Of a stretch of 64,000 nucleotides of DNA, positions 37,933 through 50,653 are shown in pieces. Source of the DNA: Callorhinchus milii (lineage: Eukaryota); assembly GCF_018977255.1 (NCBI RefSeq), contig NW_024704743.1, positions 30,070,001 through 30,134,000 on the forward strand. The letters run 5' to 3'. A program made the position numbers and the translations under genes. Each line of letters begins with the position of its first letter. The stretch's first letter is position 1. Under the pieces are notes generated by a model. It made no database searches. It had not been told where the DNA came from and saw only the letters and a program-made list of their open reading frames with translations.

Positions 37933-39284
37933 TAAGAGCACACCCCGAGTCCTATGTTGCAGTGTCAGCGTAAAATAACAGCTTACATCTATATTTTCTG
38001 TAATTTGCTTAATTTCTCCTGCAGTCTTCCCCATACCATACAACTCCCCCCTCCCACCCTCACCCCCAAATATATCTGGGACTATATAGACAGTCAGTGA
38101 ATGGATATTTCACTTTTCCTACCTATTTGGGTTTAAGCAAATTCTCTGCTTGTCGGCCTCCTCAACTCCTCCCTCTACAGGCTGCAGATCATCCAGAACT
38201 CTGCAACCCATATCCTTTCCTGCATCAGGCTCCGTGACCCTATCAATCCTGTCCTCATACAACTCCACTGGCTTCCCATCACACACAGAGGATACAGTTC
38301 AAGATTATGGTCCTTACCTTCAAAACCCTCCATGGTCTTGCTCCCCCCCACCTCTGGGACTTTCTAACCTCCTACCAACCAGCCCACTCCATCTGCTCGG
38401 TCACCCTCCCCGATCCCGGCCCGCAGTTCGGGTCTGAAACACTGATTGTCCAGCGCCTTGGAACATCCTCCTGACGTGAAAGGCGCTATACAAATTTTGT
38501 TGTTGTTGTACCATCTTCCTTTGCCATCTGCCCACAGCAACATGGTTGAGATTGAGACATTTAAATGTGTACGGAATCCGGGAACGAGCTCACGGCTAGC
38601 CCTCACTGTATACGGTGAATTCCAACTTTCTATAAAGTGTAAGCAACTTGCATACAGCAAGTAAACCACAAACAGTTATGAAACAAATGACAAGTTTTAT
38701 CTGTAGGATCGATAACCAGAACATTCTGAAAACATTCCCTTCCATGTTCAAATAGTGCTATGGGATTTGAACATCCACCTGAAGAGGCACCAGTTTAACA
38801 TCTCACCCAAAGGACAGCACATCCGACAATGCAGTTTTCTACCTGCGCTCGAGCGTCAGCTTAGCCACTCGATCCACGACTGCTTGTGTGACACCTCGGT
38901 GCGCAATTGACTGCTGCATTTCGCCCACAAAATACACACACAGTTCACTTTACAGAATATTCTGCGAAGAACTTTCAGACATCGCAACAACGTGATAAGG
39001 CGCTATGTCAAATCCAAGGATTATTATAATTAACAGACTCAAAAGTTCTAACCGAAAGCTTGAACCCACAACTTTCTGACGCAAAGACAAGTGCTACCGA
39101 CTGAGTCGGGTTCGGTGGTGCACAGCACGGAAAATAAACACGAACTGGTCCAGGGAATGTTTCTCTTCCTCTACAGTTTGTATTACGAGGCGACTCGAAA
39201 GAATAGCGATGTTTTTTTTTTGCTGTGCCCTTGTGTAAGCTATGGTGATGATGATGAACTCGCTGCTGGAGCTGAGCTACTTGC

Positions 39285-39305
39285 AGACCTCTCCAAGGTG
39301 CTGAA
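39285..39305 (-). promoter_or_regulatory. RE1/NRSE-like REST binding site in NRSN1 5' intron
   Basis: Minus strand TTCAGCACCTTGGAGAGGTCT versus consensus TTCAGCACCnnGGA(C/G)AGcgcc. Both half-sites and the 2-nt spacer are intact. Confidence 0.7.
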
Positions 39306-39674
39306 ATCTCAAGAGAAAACAAGGGAGACAGATAACCAGAGCCCGCAGCTCAGTGCAAACTAAACCAGGGAACTGGAAAGATGGGAATGTGTCAACATCC
39401 AGCTATTTCAACTGGGTCCCATCCACCCCATCCAACAACAACAACAACTTGGATTTATATAGCGCCTTCCACGCGGGACGCTTTACAACTTAGGATCCCG
39501 GGACCGAGCCAGGGGGAGGGGTGGGAAGGTGGCCAAAGGCGCAGTCGAAAAGAAAGGTCTGGCAAAAAAAGAAAGGTCTCCCAACACTGGCAATGTAATC
39601 GATTCGCATCATTTCACCTTCTTCTCTCAGCATTGGCTGGAACTGCCAGAGAAAAGAAAAAAAAACACTAGTGA

Positions 39675-39712
39675 TCTCTCTGTCTCTCTCTCTCTGTGTG
39701 TGTGTGTGTGTG

Positions 39713-39743
<31 letters not shown>

Positions 39744-39835
39744 GTACTCTCTTCGACATCTCCATGGTTCTACCTACATCCAAAGCAGGTTACAGTGTGT
39801 GTGTGTGTGTGGAGGGGGGAGAGAGAGAGAGAAAT
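39675..39835. repeat. Compound (CT)n/(GT)n/(GA)n microsatellites
   Basis: Directly visible dinucleotide tracts. Confidence 0.95.
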
Positions 39836-40127
39836 GCACAGAACAGTCGAGTGGATAATTCACAGCGTTTTTCACACACACATACATACACACAAAAACA
39901 TGTTTCCATTGCAAACCCACCTTCAGACCTACCGACATCAACCTGCTGTTGCATTCCCGCTGTGGGGTGGGTGGTGGGGAAGTTAGACAGACAGGACAGG
40001 GAGGGAGGGGAGGGGAGGAGAGGGAGGACATTGCTGGCTGATGGCTGTGAATTTATCATCACATCAGCCTGGATGCGACCAGTAGCTAAATCATTGCAGC
40101 CCAAAGCACTGACACCAACCAGCCCCA

Positions 40128-40671
40128 CTGTGCTGTGCAGGGCTGGGCTGTGCAGGGCTGGGCTGGGCTGTGCTGTGCAGGGCTGGGCTGTGCAGGGCTG
40201 TGCAGGGCTGGGCTGTGCAGTGCTGGGCTGGGCTGTGCAGGGCTGTGCAGTGCTGGGCTGTGCAGGGCTGTGCAGTGCTGGGCTGTGCAGGGCTGTGCAG
40301 TGCTGGGCTGTGCAGTGCTGGGCTGTGCAGTGCTGTGCAGTGCTGGGCTGTGCAGTGCTGTGCTGTGCAGGGCTGTGCAGTGCTGGGCTGTGCAGTGCTG
40401 GACTGTGCTGGGCTGTGCAGTGCAGGGCTGTGCAGTGCTGGACTGTGCTGGGCTGTGCAGGGCTGTGCAGTGCTGGGCTGTGCAGGGCTGTGCAGTGCTG
40501 GGCTGTGCAGTGCTGTGCAGGGCTGTGCAGGGCTGTGCAGTGCAGTGCAGTGCAGGGCTGTGCTGTGCAGTGCTGGGCTGTGCAGTGCTGTGCTGGGCTG
40601 GGCTGTGCAGTGCTGGGCTGTTCAGTGCTGGGCTGTGCAGGGCTGTGCTGTGCAGTGCTGTGCTGTGCTGC
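40128..40671. repeat. Compound pentamer satellite (GGGCT / GTGCA / GTGCT), about 540 bp
   Basis: Directly visible 5-nt period with irregular unit order and rare variants (GGACT, GTTCA). Confidence 0.95.
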
Positions 40672-40712
40672 AGCTCAACACCCAGCGCATCCTGTTACTG
40701 AGACTGACTTAC

Positions 40713-40963
40713 CTGTCAAACGTGACTCGTGCTCCCTGTTGTACCTTTGCCGACGGTCGCCTGTCCCTCTCTGTCTCTCAGTACATGGCCATCCCCTCTG
40801 GGTCTCCCTCTACACCGACATCAGCCACTCCAGCTCCAGCTCCTCCGAGCCTGCGCCACCCAACCCCAACCCACCCCACCCCACCCCCTGCCCAGCCCTG
40901 CGGAGGCGGCAGCAACACACACACACACACACCACCACCACCACCACCAGGGAAGTGGGTGAT
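40713..40963 (-). other. NRSN1: Probable NRSN1 5' non-coding first exon in GC/CpG-rich region (5' boundary unknown)
   Basis: Perfect minus-strand donor CAG|GTAAGT (exon ends 40713) and a weaker donor AAG|GTACAA near 40744. Locally GC-rich and upstream of the NRSN1 CDS. Runs into the N gap. Confidence 0.55.
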
Positions 40964-41097
40964 NNNNNNNNNNNNNNNNNNNNNNNNNNNNNNNNNNNNN
41001 NNNNNNNNNNNNNNNNNNNNNNNNNNNNNNNNNNNNNNNNNNNNNNNNNNNNNNNNNNNNNNNNNNNNNNNNNNNNNNNNNNNNNNNNNNNNNNNNN
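40964..41097. other. Assembly gap (134 N)
   Basis: Run of N. Confidence 1.
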
Positions 41098-41313
41098 CAC
41101 AGATAAATGCTCAGCAAATCCAATTATCTGCCTATCTCAAAAAATGTCTGCTATATATATATATATATATACACACTCACACACACACACACACACAGTA
41201 TATATCTTTTGCAGGCGTTTCGCCTATAAAATACTCGGTCAGTCGCGCTATATGCTGTGAAGCGCTTTGAGAGGTCGCGGCGATGTGATAAGGCACTATA
41301 TTGATTGCAAGGA

Positions 41314-41346
<33 letters not shown>

Positions 41347-44300
41347 TACCAACCAGTCCTTTCTACTTCCCAGTAAAAGTATGTTTTTTTAGGATCTGGC
41401 AAATGTCCGCCCTTTGTTTTCTCTTTAATACTCTATTTGTCCAATTTGTGCTATTCCCAAAAGGGGTGGAAAGTGCTAACTGCAATTTCTGAATATTGTA
41501 TGCATGTGAATAATCAGTCAAGTGAGCAAAACGCCAACCCCCCCCCCCCCCCCCCACACACACATATATACACCACACAGCCCCCACTGCGCTTCCCGAC
41601 CTTTTGTTCACTTCACCAATGTTTGTAAATTGTTGACTCCAGTATGACCCTTCCGGCCTAACATGGAGGATCATATAAACACTTTGATAATACCTTACAT
41701 TAGAGTCCAGTAAAATCTATCACCTCTAAGGACCTGACTCACTACCTCCCTGGTGCATTCAGGTACAATAGTCACAACTAATTCTATGGTTCAGCCACTA
41801 TACATCGCTTATTTCAGCAGTGACATCCTAGCTTTGGAGAAGATGCAAAGAAGGAAACCTGCTTACTCCCCAACCCATTACCCGCTCATTCCCCTCGACT
41901 GGCTCTGGCCTTTGCTTGTCCCTTGTGCACTCCGTTCCACGATCAGTGGCTGTGCTTTGAGCCACTATGCCCAGAAACTCTGGAACACTCTTCCGTTATC
42001 TACCTTGCCCCCTCCTTCCTCATCTTTAGTTTGTGCCTGAAGACCTTCCTCTTCGACCGTGCCCCTGGCCCGGCCTTGTGCTCCGCCACTGTCAAGCGCT
42101 CTGTTACTTTACCTTGCGTGTGGGGCGCTATTTAAATGTAAGTTGTTGTTGTTATCTCATTTAATACTTGGGGTGAGGAATCTGAGCTATGAGGAGAATT
42201 TACAGAAGCTTAAGAATAACTACAGTGAAGAAGAGATAATTGAGGAGCAATTCATTGAAGTATTCCAAAGGGTAATGAAATGCTAGATTCCAATATCTTA
42301 TTCAGTAAATTAAGGGTACACAGCAAGGGATTGTGAAGGGGGCGGGGGGGGAGTGGGGTGAATAGAGTTTATATTTAACAACCTTACACAGAAGGCAGCT
42401 AACATGCGGAACAGTTTGCCCTGGGAGGCTGTCAGTGCAAAACAGATAGTGTAGGTGATTTTAAGGGTGAAATGAATTTGGTTTTAAGGGTTGGCTGGTA
42501 TAGGAACTTTATGTTTTGTGGCAGATGTAAGTGGTCCAGAACAAACTTTCACAATATAACTTCTAATATTTTTCATATTTGTCTTTATCAATTTTTTAAA
42601 GAAATTATTTTGCTTATAATGGTGGAGGCGGGGAAGAGAGAGGAGATTTTTTAATTCCATCAATCTCTATTGGGTCCCAGCCCAGATTGAAAGGATAAAG
42701 CACAAACCCAGATTTGTAACAACAGGTGCAATCATTTCACCAGTCATGGAATTACATAACCCTCAGCTCGTAAATAACTGTTTTACAAGATATTTTACCT
42801 CACCAAACAGCCTCATTACGAAGTGTGGCAGGGCAGCCCTGATCAAAACATTGCCTGTCAATACTGTTCTGGGTTCTCATTCTTAATTCAGACCATGTAT
42901 AAAGGATAATGACTGGTCGAGTAACTCACAAGCAGATAAATTACACTCAGGATGTGGTTAGATCATATTTATCATGTCACATATTTAATCGACTGTTCCA
43001 TTTGTTCCACAGCTGACGCATTTTTTAAAAATGTTTTTTTTTCACTTTAATTTTAATGGGGCCATTAGAAAGATGGAAAGGGAACATTCTTTAATGCTTC
43101 CCATTAGTTTATTCAACCTGCCTTTCGCCTTCTTCTGATGTGGCTGGCTGCCATCTTGAAAATTCACTCAATGGAGACTAATGTTCAATACACTTGACAT
43201 CTTGCTAAACAACAAGAGACGGACAGTTGGTTGGGAGTCATAAAGCTAATGTGGATCTTTTACCTTTTGTGATTCAGAATCAATATTTTAAAAATGAAAA
43301 CATTTCAAGTGCTGTACAGAAACAAATCCCATGGGGACTAAATAATGGCAGATAGCTTTTTATTATAAATAAAGGTAGAGTGATGCATATAGGAACAGGA
43401 CATGTGAAACGTTTACTCAATGAATGAGTGTCCGTGAGCAAAGGTGAATAAGGATTTTATTCCAATTATTGACCATTATGTTTACAATAGGCCACTCAGG
43501 CAATGGTTTGCATCTAAGGGATGACAATTGATTAATACAAACTGATTGTTTTAACCTTGTGAAGCTCGTGTGACAAATTCCAGAATAGGTAATAGGAGGA
43601 GGACTTACCTGGTAATAAAGGGCTACAGGAGGAAGCTATTGTTAGCCAACATAAGTGTATTATTATAATCCATGTATATTCACTGCACAGACCATGTATA
43701 ACTCCCCCTATGGTAAACTTAATGCATTCGGTCTCCTGAGGGAGGCAATTAAAGGTAAATCGCCATAAAAAAGAAATTTCTCCCCAGTTCCCAAAATAAC
43801 AAGTAAAATCTATGATACAAGTCCAACTCTAACACTGACATCATTCAGCTTTGAGCAGCTGTATTCAATAGACAGCGTACTCTACGTATTTCTAAACAGA
43901 TTTCCTTCCTAAAGAATTCTTGTTGACTTGGGGAACTTCACTCCAGATGTAGATCTCATCTGAGTGGAATTCCTGTGAGCTAGTGTGATACACATTGTTT
44001 TTGGATCAAATGCAGAAACCTACCACCATGCTTACAAATATTCAAACCAAACAGAATTCCATACATGAAGGCCACCTCCATTGGAAATTTCCTTGTGTCT
44101 AGAATTGAATGGATATTTGTTCCGTGGAGGGATCTATCCTGTTTACCTAATTTTGGAGATTATTAGGCACAGGTTAACAAGAGCCAAGACTTGGGGGCCC
44201 CAGAGTGAGTTGGGGTACTGTTGGAATTTAAATATGTAAATTTGCATAGCTTGACATCGAAAGCAATTTCTGCCATGCTTTCTGCCACTTCTCAGGGCCC

Positions 44301-45684
44301 CCAAAAAATATTAGGACCTGGAGCCAGTGTCACTGGCACGTTTTCAATTTTCAACTCATGTAGAATTCTCCCACTTCAAAGTCAGTGGCAGTGAACTTCA
44401 TCCGTGAGGTTAGTTTTATAATCACGGTTCATGTAGAACTAACATCCCCATGCCTCTAATCCTTACAAAGTCTTGTAAGATATTCCTTCTCAATTTAATT
44501 TCCTGCATCAAAAAACAATTCATTCTGAAAGTCTCTCCTCAATAATAATAATTTTCTGTCATGTGACCAACTTTTTTGAACATTAACACCGTCCTTTGAA
44601 ACTTCTTGGCTTCTCAAGATTTCAACTGCATTTGTCTACAAAATACACAGTCACTACACTTTATGGTAAATCTTGTGAGCAGCAGAGAGGCACCCTTTGA
44701 GATGTCCTCCCGTGCGGAAAGGCTCTATAACAAATGTTAGAATTATTATTACTGCAACATTACAAATTGAAGTGCTGCCAAAATGACCTCACTCACGTCC
44801 TGACATACAATTCCAATTTATACTGTACTGTACGTGGCAAATTAGTATGAAAATTATGTCAATTTGGCACAAAAAGGGCAATATAAATAAGTGCTACAGT
44901 CCCAAGTTCCAGAATCATTCTTGTCAATCTTGCCAGTGCATCAATATACTTCTCTAGGTCCAATGTGTAAACAGTGAGAATTTAAAATGAAAACTCTAAA
45001 AACTACTTACCCATTGTATAAACAGACAATCAATACCATTACATTAAAAATGTCCTTGAACTCATTCAACATAGCAAACTCATTCATGTGTTATGTAGCT
45101 GAGTCTACTTATTGTTTTAATATGGTGTAACTCATCTGATATCTTCTATTGCTTTTACCACAACCACTATAAATGTCCCTCTTCTTTACATATGGATATG
45201 AATGAGAGATGAATTGAACCTGTTTTCTACCAGATACAATCAATTTGCGTATGTGTTGACTTTTAATTCTTTCACCCACAAACTACACATTGAATTCACT
45301 TTTCAATATATTCTGTGAAGCGCTTTCAGACGTCTCAACGACATGATAAGGCGCTGTATCAAATGCAAGGATTATCATTATTATACCGTATGTAATGGGC
45401 TCAATGGTAAGCACTGGCTTAGAGAAGATTCTGCTTTGGTAGGACATTGCCAACTTGTGATGACAAAATAATTATTCAAGCTTGTATTATATAGCATAAA
45501 ATAGGGAATACCACAATCTGAAGCGATGTACAAACAACTTGATCTTCCCTTTCACATTTGAATGGGTCAGAATCATTCAATTATTTTGCTGTTTTTTGTT
45601 CAGTAAAAATGGATGGAGCATTTAGGACTTGCCTTTGCGTTAATAAATTCAAATGGACCAGGTTCGTGAACACTCTCAGTGCAT

Positions 45685-45826
45685 AAAAGAAAGGCAAAAT
45701 ACTGCAGATGCTGGCTATCTGAAATAAAAACGGAAGTCACTGGGAACACTCAGCAAGTCAGGAGCATCTATGGAGTGAGGAAAGTGAGTTAGCGTTTCAG
45801 GTCAATGATCTTTCATCAGAATGGAG
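45685..45826 (-). mobile_element. Penelope-like element terminal-repeat fragment with degenerate minimal hammerhead ribozyme
   Basis: Minus strand reads CTGATGA-aagatc-att-gacct-GAAA-cgcta (45790-45819). The surrounding sequence resembles a common chondrichthyan repeat (recalled). Confidence 0.6.
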
Positions 45827-46935
45827 TTAATACACTCAGTGTATGTTTCTCCAGCCGCACCCAAAGCAGACTGTTCTACAGCTCCACCCCAAACTTCCAG
45901 AGAGGATAATTGGTAACTCAATGGAGGCGGAGGTCTAATTTGCGGATTAGGTTAACAACCTATGTACAAGATTTATTGGTTGTGCTTACCATGTGCAAAT
46001 GCATGTTTACAGAGGGAGTTACAGATGCTCTTGATCATTTTCACCTGGAATTCTTTACATTGGTTACTAGTTTGCCCACAAATATACCATCAATTCACTT
46101 TACAGTCTATTCTGTGAAGCGCTTTGAGACATCAAGAAGATGTGAAAAGCACTATATCAAATGCAAGGATTATTATTATATTATATTATTATAGTTGCAT
46201 TACATAAGTAGGGGATCTGTGTGGATTTACACATAGTTACTCAACTCACAAATTTGCCCCCAGCGATAGCTAAGCTGTGAGTTATCCCATTGATCATGGC
46301 TGAATAGCACTTAATAAAATTGCACACTCATTAAATTCTTTGGCAGTATTAACTCCATGGAGCACAGTGGGTTTTGGTTTCCATCATAACTGCTCCCATA
46401 AATTCAATTAAATCATTCTAATCTTACAAAAATATAATGGATTTACAGTGGTGATTTCAAGCCAGTAATATCCTTTTGAGCTTCAGTTGCTGGCAATAAA
46501 CTATCAAACTTTATTATCTTGTTTTGTAACAATCTTCCAGCACAGATCCCCATAAAACAACAACTTGCATTTATATAACCCACTTCACGTGGGGCAGCGA
46601 CTCCGAGCTGGGGGAGAGGGAGGAGGTGACCGTAAGCGTGGTCGAAGAGGAAGGTCTTGATCTGAAAGAGAGGAAGGTGGGGGCAAGATGGAAGGATTGA
46701 GTGAGGGAGTTCCAAAGCTTCAGGGCGAAGCTGCCATTGGTGGAGCAGACGGCACGAGTGACGTGCAGGAGGACAGAGACAGCCAAGCGGAGGTAGCGGT
46801 AGTGGAGCGGGGAACTGTTCAGACAAGTGACTGGTGTGTGGTACCATTGCTTTCCAGATTTGGACAGTAGATATATATATGAATGATAATGAGGCAGAAC
46901 ATTCAGATGGTGTATAGATACACAAAAGTCCAAAG

Positions 46936-47004
46936 TGCGTACATGCACAAACATACATGTGCATAGACACTCACACATGAATACCTGCATAATGCACACA
47001 CATG

Positions 47005-47040
<36 letters not shown>

Positions 47041-47095
47041 TACAGTATACATACATGGACACATGCACACACATGGACATCAATACCTGCATGCA
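46936..47095. repeat. CA-rich degenerate microsatellite with pure (CA)n core; TG-rich counterpart at about 47505-47775
   Basis: Directly visible. Confidence 0.9.
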
Positions 47096-50000
47096 ACTCC
47101 ATCTGTTTCCATGCTGTAATGCTCTATATAATTCTATGACTTCATATGAACCCTTCAGTGTGATTGCTGCTTGTAATTATTCTGTCTTTATTCTAAGAAA
47201 TTAGACTGCATGTGCTCTTGGAAATTATTTCCATATAACTTCGAAATAATCATTATTTATTTAATATCTATCCAAAGAAGCAAATTCAATTCAATGAAGC
47301 CAGTATAAATGATTACTTTTGCATTGCAACTGAGCCATTCCAGGGCTCACAGCAGAGGATTGTGTTCAAGCCAGGAGGACGCTATGAAACCTACTCCAGA
47401 GTTTGCTGAATATAAAGTACAATACAATACAAAATTACATTTGCAAAGCGCCTTTCACATCGGGTGGACGTCCCAAGCCCTGTAGTTCTAAAAGCAATTG
47501 TAAAATGTGTGTACATGTATGTGTGTGCATTTACATGCACGGATGTATTGGTGTCTATCTGTGTGCATATGTACATCTGTGGGTGGGGATTGGGGGGGTG
47601 GTGTCTGTTCACAGACATATTTGTGCATGTGGTGTGAATGTGTGGGGACGTGAGTGTGAGTGTGTGAGTGGTTGTCTGGGGACGTGTGTGCCTAGGTATG
47701 TGTTTCTGTGTATACAGAGGTGTGTCTCGGGGATATCTGTAGGTGAGTGGGGACATGCATATGTGGTAGGGTGTGGAGCAAATCTTTATTCCATTAATGG
47801 ATTGCTGCATCATACTGGAGACACAAAATATGCTTCTCAAGTATGAAATACATGAGAATTGATGGATGAAGATTCCACCTTTGCTCTTTTCTGTTGTTTA
47901 TCGAGGCAGGAACACTAATTGACCATAGGAGGTACTCTTCTCTATTCTTTGTGAAGAAACCAATACGAAAGCTCAATCTGCCTTTGAGGTCTATCCGAGC
48001 ATTGACCTAGGTGCATGTATCTAACCTCATTTATGTGGATTGGTTGTGACAGTCCTATTTCTGGGCTTATTGATTGTGTGATAATAAATTAGCCATTCAG
48101 ACAAGTGACTGGTGTCCAGTACCATTGCTTTCAAAATGCAGACTGTAGAAATGGATACAAATTATAATGAATTAATAAGAGATAACATTCAGATGGTATA
48201 AAGATACACAAAAGTGCAACACTTAGCTTTTATATTGTAGATGTTGGTGGTATTTTCTTGATTTTTTTTTACTTGACTCTGAGAGCTAAGAGAATAAGTA
48301 GATACATAACCCAGTTTAAAGGCCACATGTTCTCCTATCTCTTAAAATCAAGACAAGCACAGGGACATCTTCTACTATCAGCTCACATTAATAGTGTTAG
48401 TATTAGTCAGGGTCTTTGCATACCTCACATATTAATAATAATATTAATAATAATAATCCTTACATTTGATAGAGTACATGTCGTTGAGACATCTCAAAGC
48501 GCTTCACAGAATATACAGTAAATATATTGTGTTGGTGAAAATATACAGTCAATTCACTTTGCAGTATATTCTGTGAAGTTTCATCCTAAACTGCTGTCAG
48601 CATGACTCTGGGCCTCGGAACCAGGATTTTAGAGTTAATGGTTTATGGAGGTGGATGAGCTGGAATTAGATTTCCTTTGTCTCACTCTGTACCAAATGAA
48701 TGATGTTGCTGGATCACTTTACTCTGCTTGGAAAAGCTAACTCCATTAATACGGCTTTATTACAGCCATTAAAAATAAAATTATTTTAGTGAGCGACCTC
48801 CCCATGAAATTCTACTTGTATATTCTCATCATATTTTAAGGATTATGCAGATTTACATGTTTATTGCAGGATCAATGGTGTTTGCTGAGCCAGTAGTTTG
48901 CACCTGAACATGATCCCAGTGCCTTGGGACGTCCTCCCGATGTGAAAGATGCTATACAAATGTAATTTTGTGTTCTTTGTATCATTGAAGCCAACGCAAG
49001 GCAACCTCCTTTGTCTATTTGGTTACCTCAGCTTGGCAGACTGCAGCATTCATAGTGTTATTGAGCTTCGATGAATGCCTGTGTGTAGGAAGTGAATGTG
49101 AATTGATTTTATCTCACATGCTTTGAATTCTGCAGCACAGAGCTCTACCCAACAGGTTACATTCATTTTGAGCCTTTCAGTACCTCGTGAGTATTTTATT
49201 TGGAGCATTGTTTAGCAACGTCTGTGTCGCACTTAGCTTCAAAGTTTGGTTTCCTTGGGCCCCAAAATGGGTCTGTCGGCTTCATGTCGATTACATACCG
49301 TTATCGATTATCGATTGAAACCGTGTGTAATAAATCAGGCTGATGTAAGAGCAGGGCTATCAAGAAGAAAAGACCTGCAGTAAATACCCAAATTACTTTT
49401 AAAATAGTAAAATGACTAAAAACAATGAAAGAAGGAGAAACTATAGATATGAAATGGGAACAAGCTCGGTTCATCAGTCATTAATGAATTGCGTGACTGG
49501 CTTTGTCTCTGGGGAATTCTGTCTCGCAGACAATGCTGACATCATTCTTTGTTTCAACTTTCTTCTCATTGCTATTCCCTCAGACGTTTCTCACTCTCAG
49601 CAGCACTTTTCCATGTGCCAAAGCTGTCTACCTGCTTAATTGGCCTTCGCGTGCTGTGACCCAATTGCCCTCCTGTCTTTCTTGGAAGCGGCAAGTAAGC
49701 AAATTCATATATCAGAAAATAAATGACTTTTCTGACACGACCCTGTGGGGCAATGAGCATCAGTGGTGTAACATCTCGATCTGAGCTGTTTCTCCATGCT
49801 CCCAGCATGAAAAACCTGCCAATGCAGCATGAGGCAATCAGTCACACAGCATTACCCTTCATTTTGCCTACTATTCACAAACACACGTAGAAAAAAATCA
49901 CTTAGAAGCTGCTTCCGGTTAGTTTTGGTCTCTTTCAGGAGCACTACTATCCTGTCATTCTTTCTTCCAGGACTTGTGGTCACAGGATCCTGAGAGGTTC

Positions 50001-50280
50001 AGATGAAGAAGGTCCTTCAGCCCATTTAATCTCATCCTTTCAGAATCCTTTCAACACTACCATTCTCCCATCACAACATCAGGCTGTTTGTTAAATGAGT
50101 CCAGCATCCGGCCTCAGCCATCCTTCCTGGTAACCTGCTCCAGTTGTTAATTACCCTATGAGAAGAGAAATACCTCCTGGTGTCTGTCCTGAAATTGCTT
50201 TTTGCAATCGCTGTCCTCTTTTTCTACCACTCTCACAGATCTGTAAGTATTGTGCTGGATTTAGTTTCTCTCTGTCATTT

Positions 50281-50653
50281 AAAATCCCTCCATGGCCTCG
50301 TCCCACCCTACCTCTGCGACCTCCTAACCCACTACCAACACGCCCGTTCCCTCCGCTCAGCCGGCTCCGGCCTGCTCCACGTCCCCCGCCCCACCCGCCC
50401 CACCATTGGCAGGAGAGCCTTCAGCCACTCTGCTCCAACCTCTGGAATTCCATCCCCCACTCTGCCTCGCCCCCTCCTTAGCCTCCGCCTCAAGACTCTC
50501 CTCTTCAACCATGCCATCGGCCACCCCCCTTCCCCTCCCCTCTCTTCTCCCCCCCTGAGACCAACTTGGGTCTGAAATGCTGTACACTGTCCAGCGCCTT
50601 GGGACGTCCTCCCGACAAGAAAGGTGCTATAGAAATATAAGCTTCTTGTTGTT
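50281..50653 (+). mobile_element. L2 3' fragment, second subfamily
   Basis: KSLHGLVPPYLCDLL...RSLRSAGSGLL...GRRAFSHSAP, with tail gggacgtcctcccgac. Related pieces at 38140-38510(+) and 52322-52573(-). Confidence 0.85.

Noticed and set aside
40128-40671. CRISPR array, functional Ig switch region or metal-response-element array
   Set aside because: No unique spacers or cas genes, and the context is eukaryotic. No Ig segments lie nearby. The units give TGCACAG/TGCACTG, not the TGCRCNC MRE consensus.
39671-41270. Long Cys/Gly/Ala-rich ORFs (529, 366 and 188 aa) resembling metallothionein or keratin-associated proteins
   Set aside because: Artefacts of the stop-free pentamer satellite, dinucleotide tracts and the N gap. 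All three frames give the same repeat peptide.
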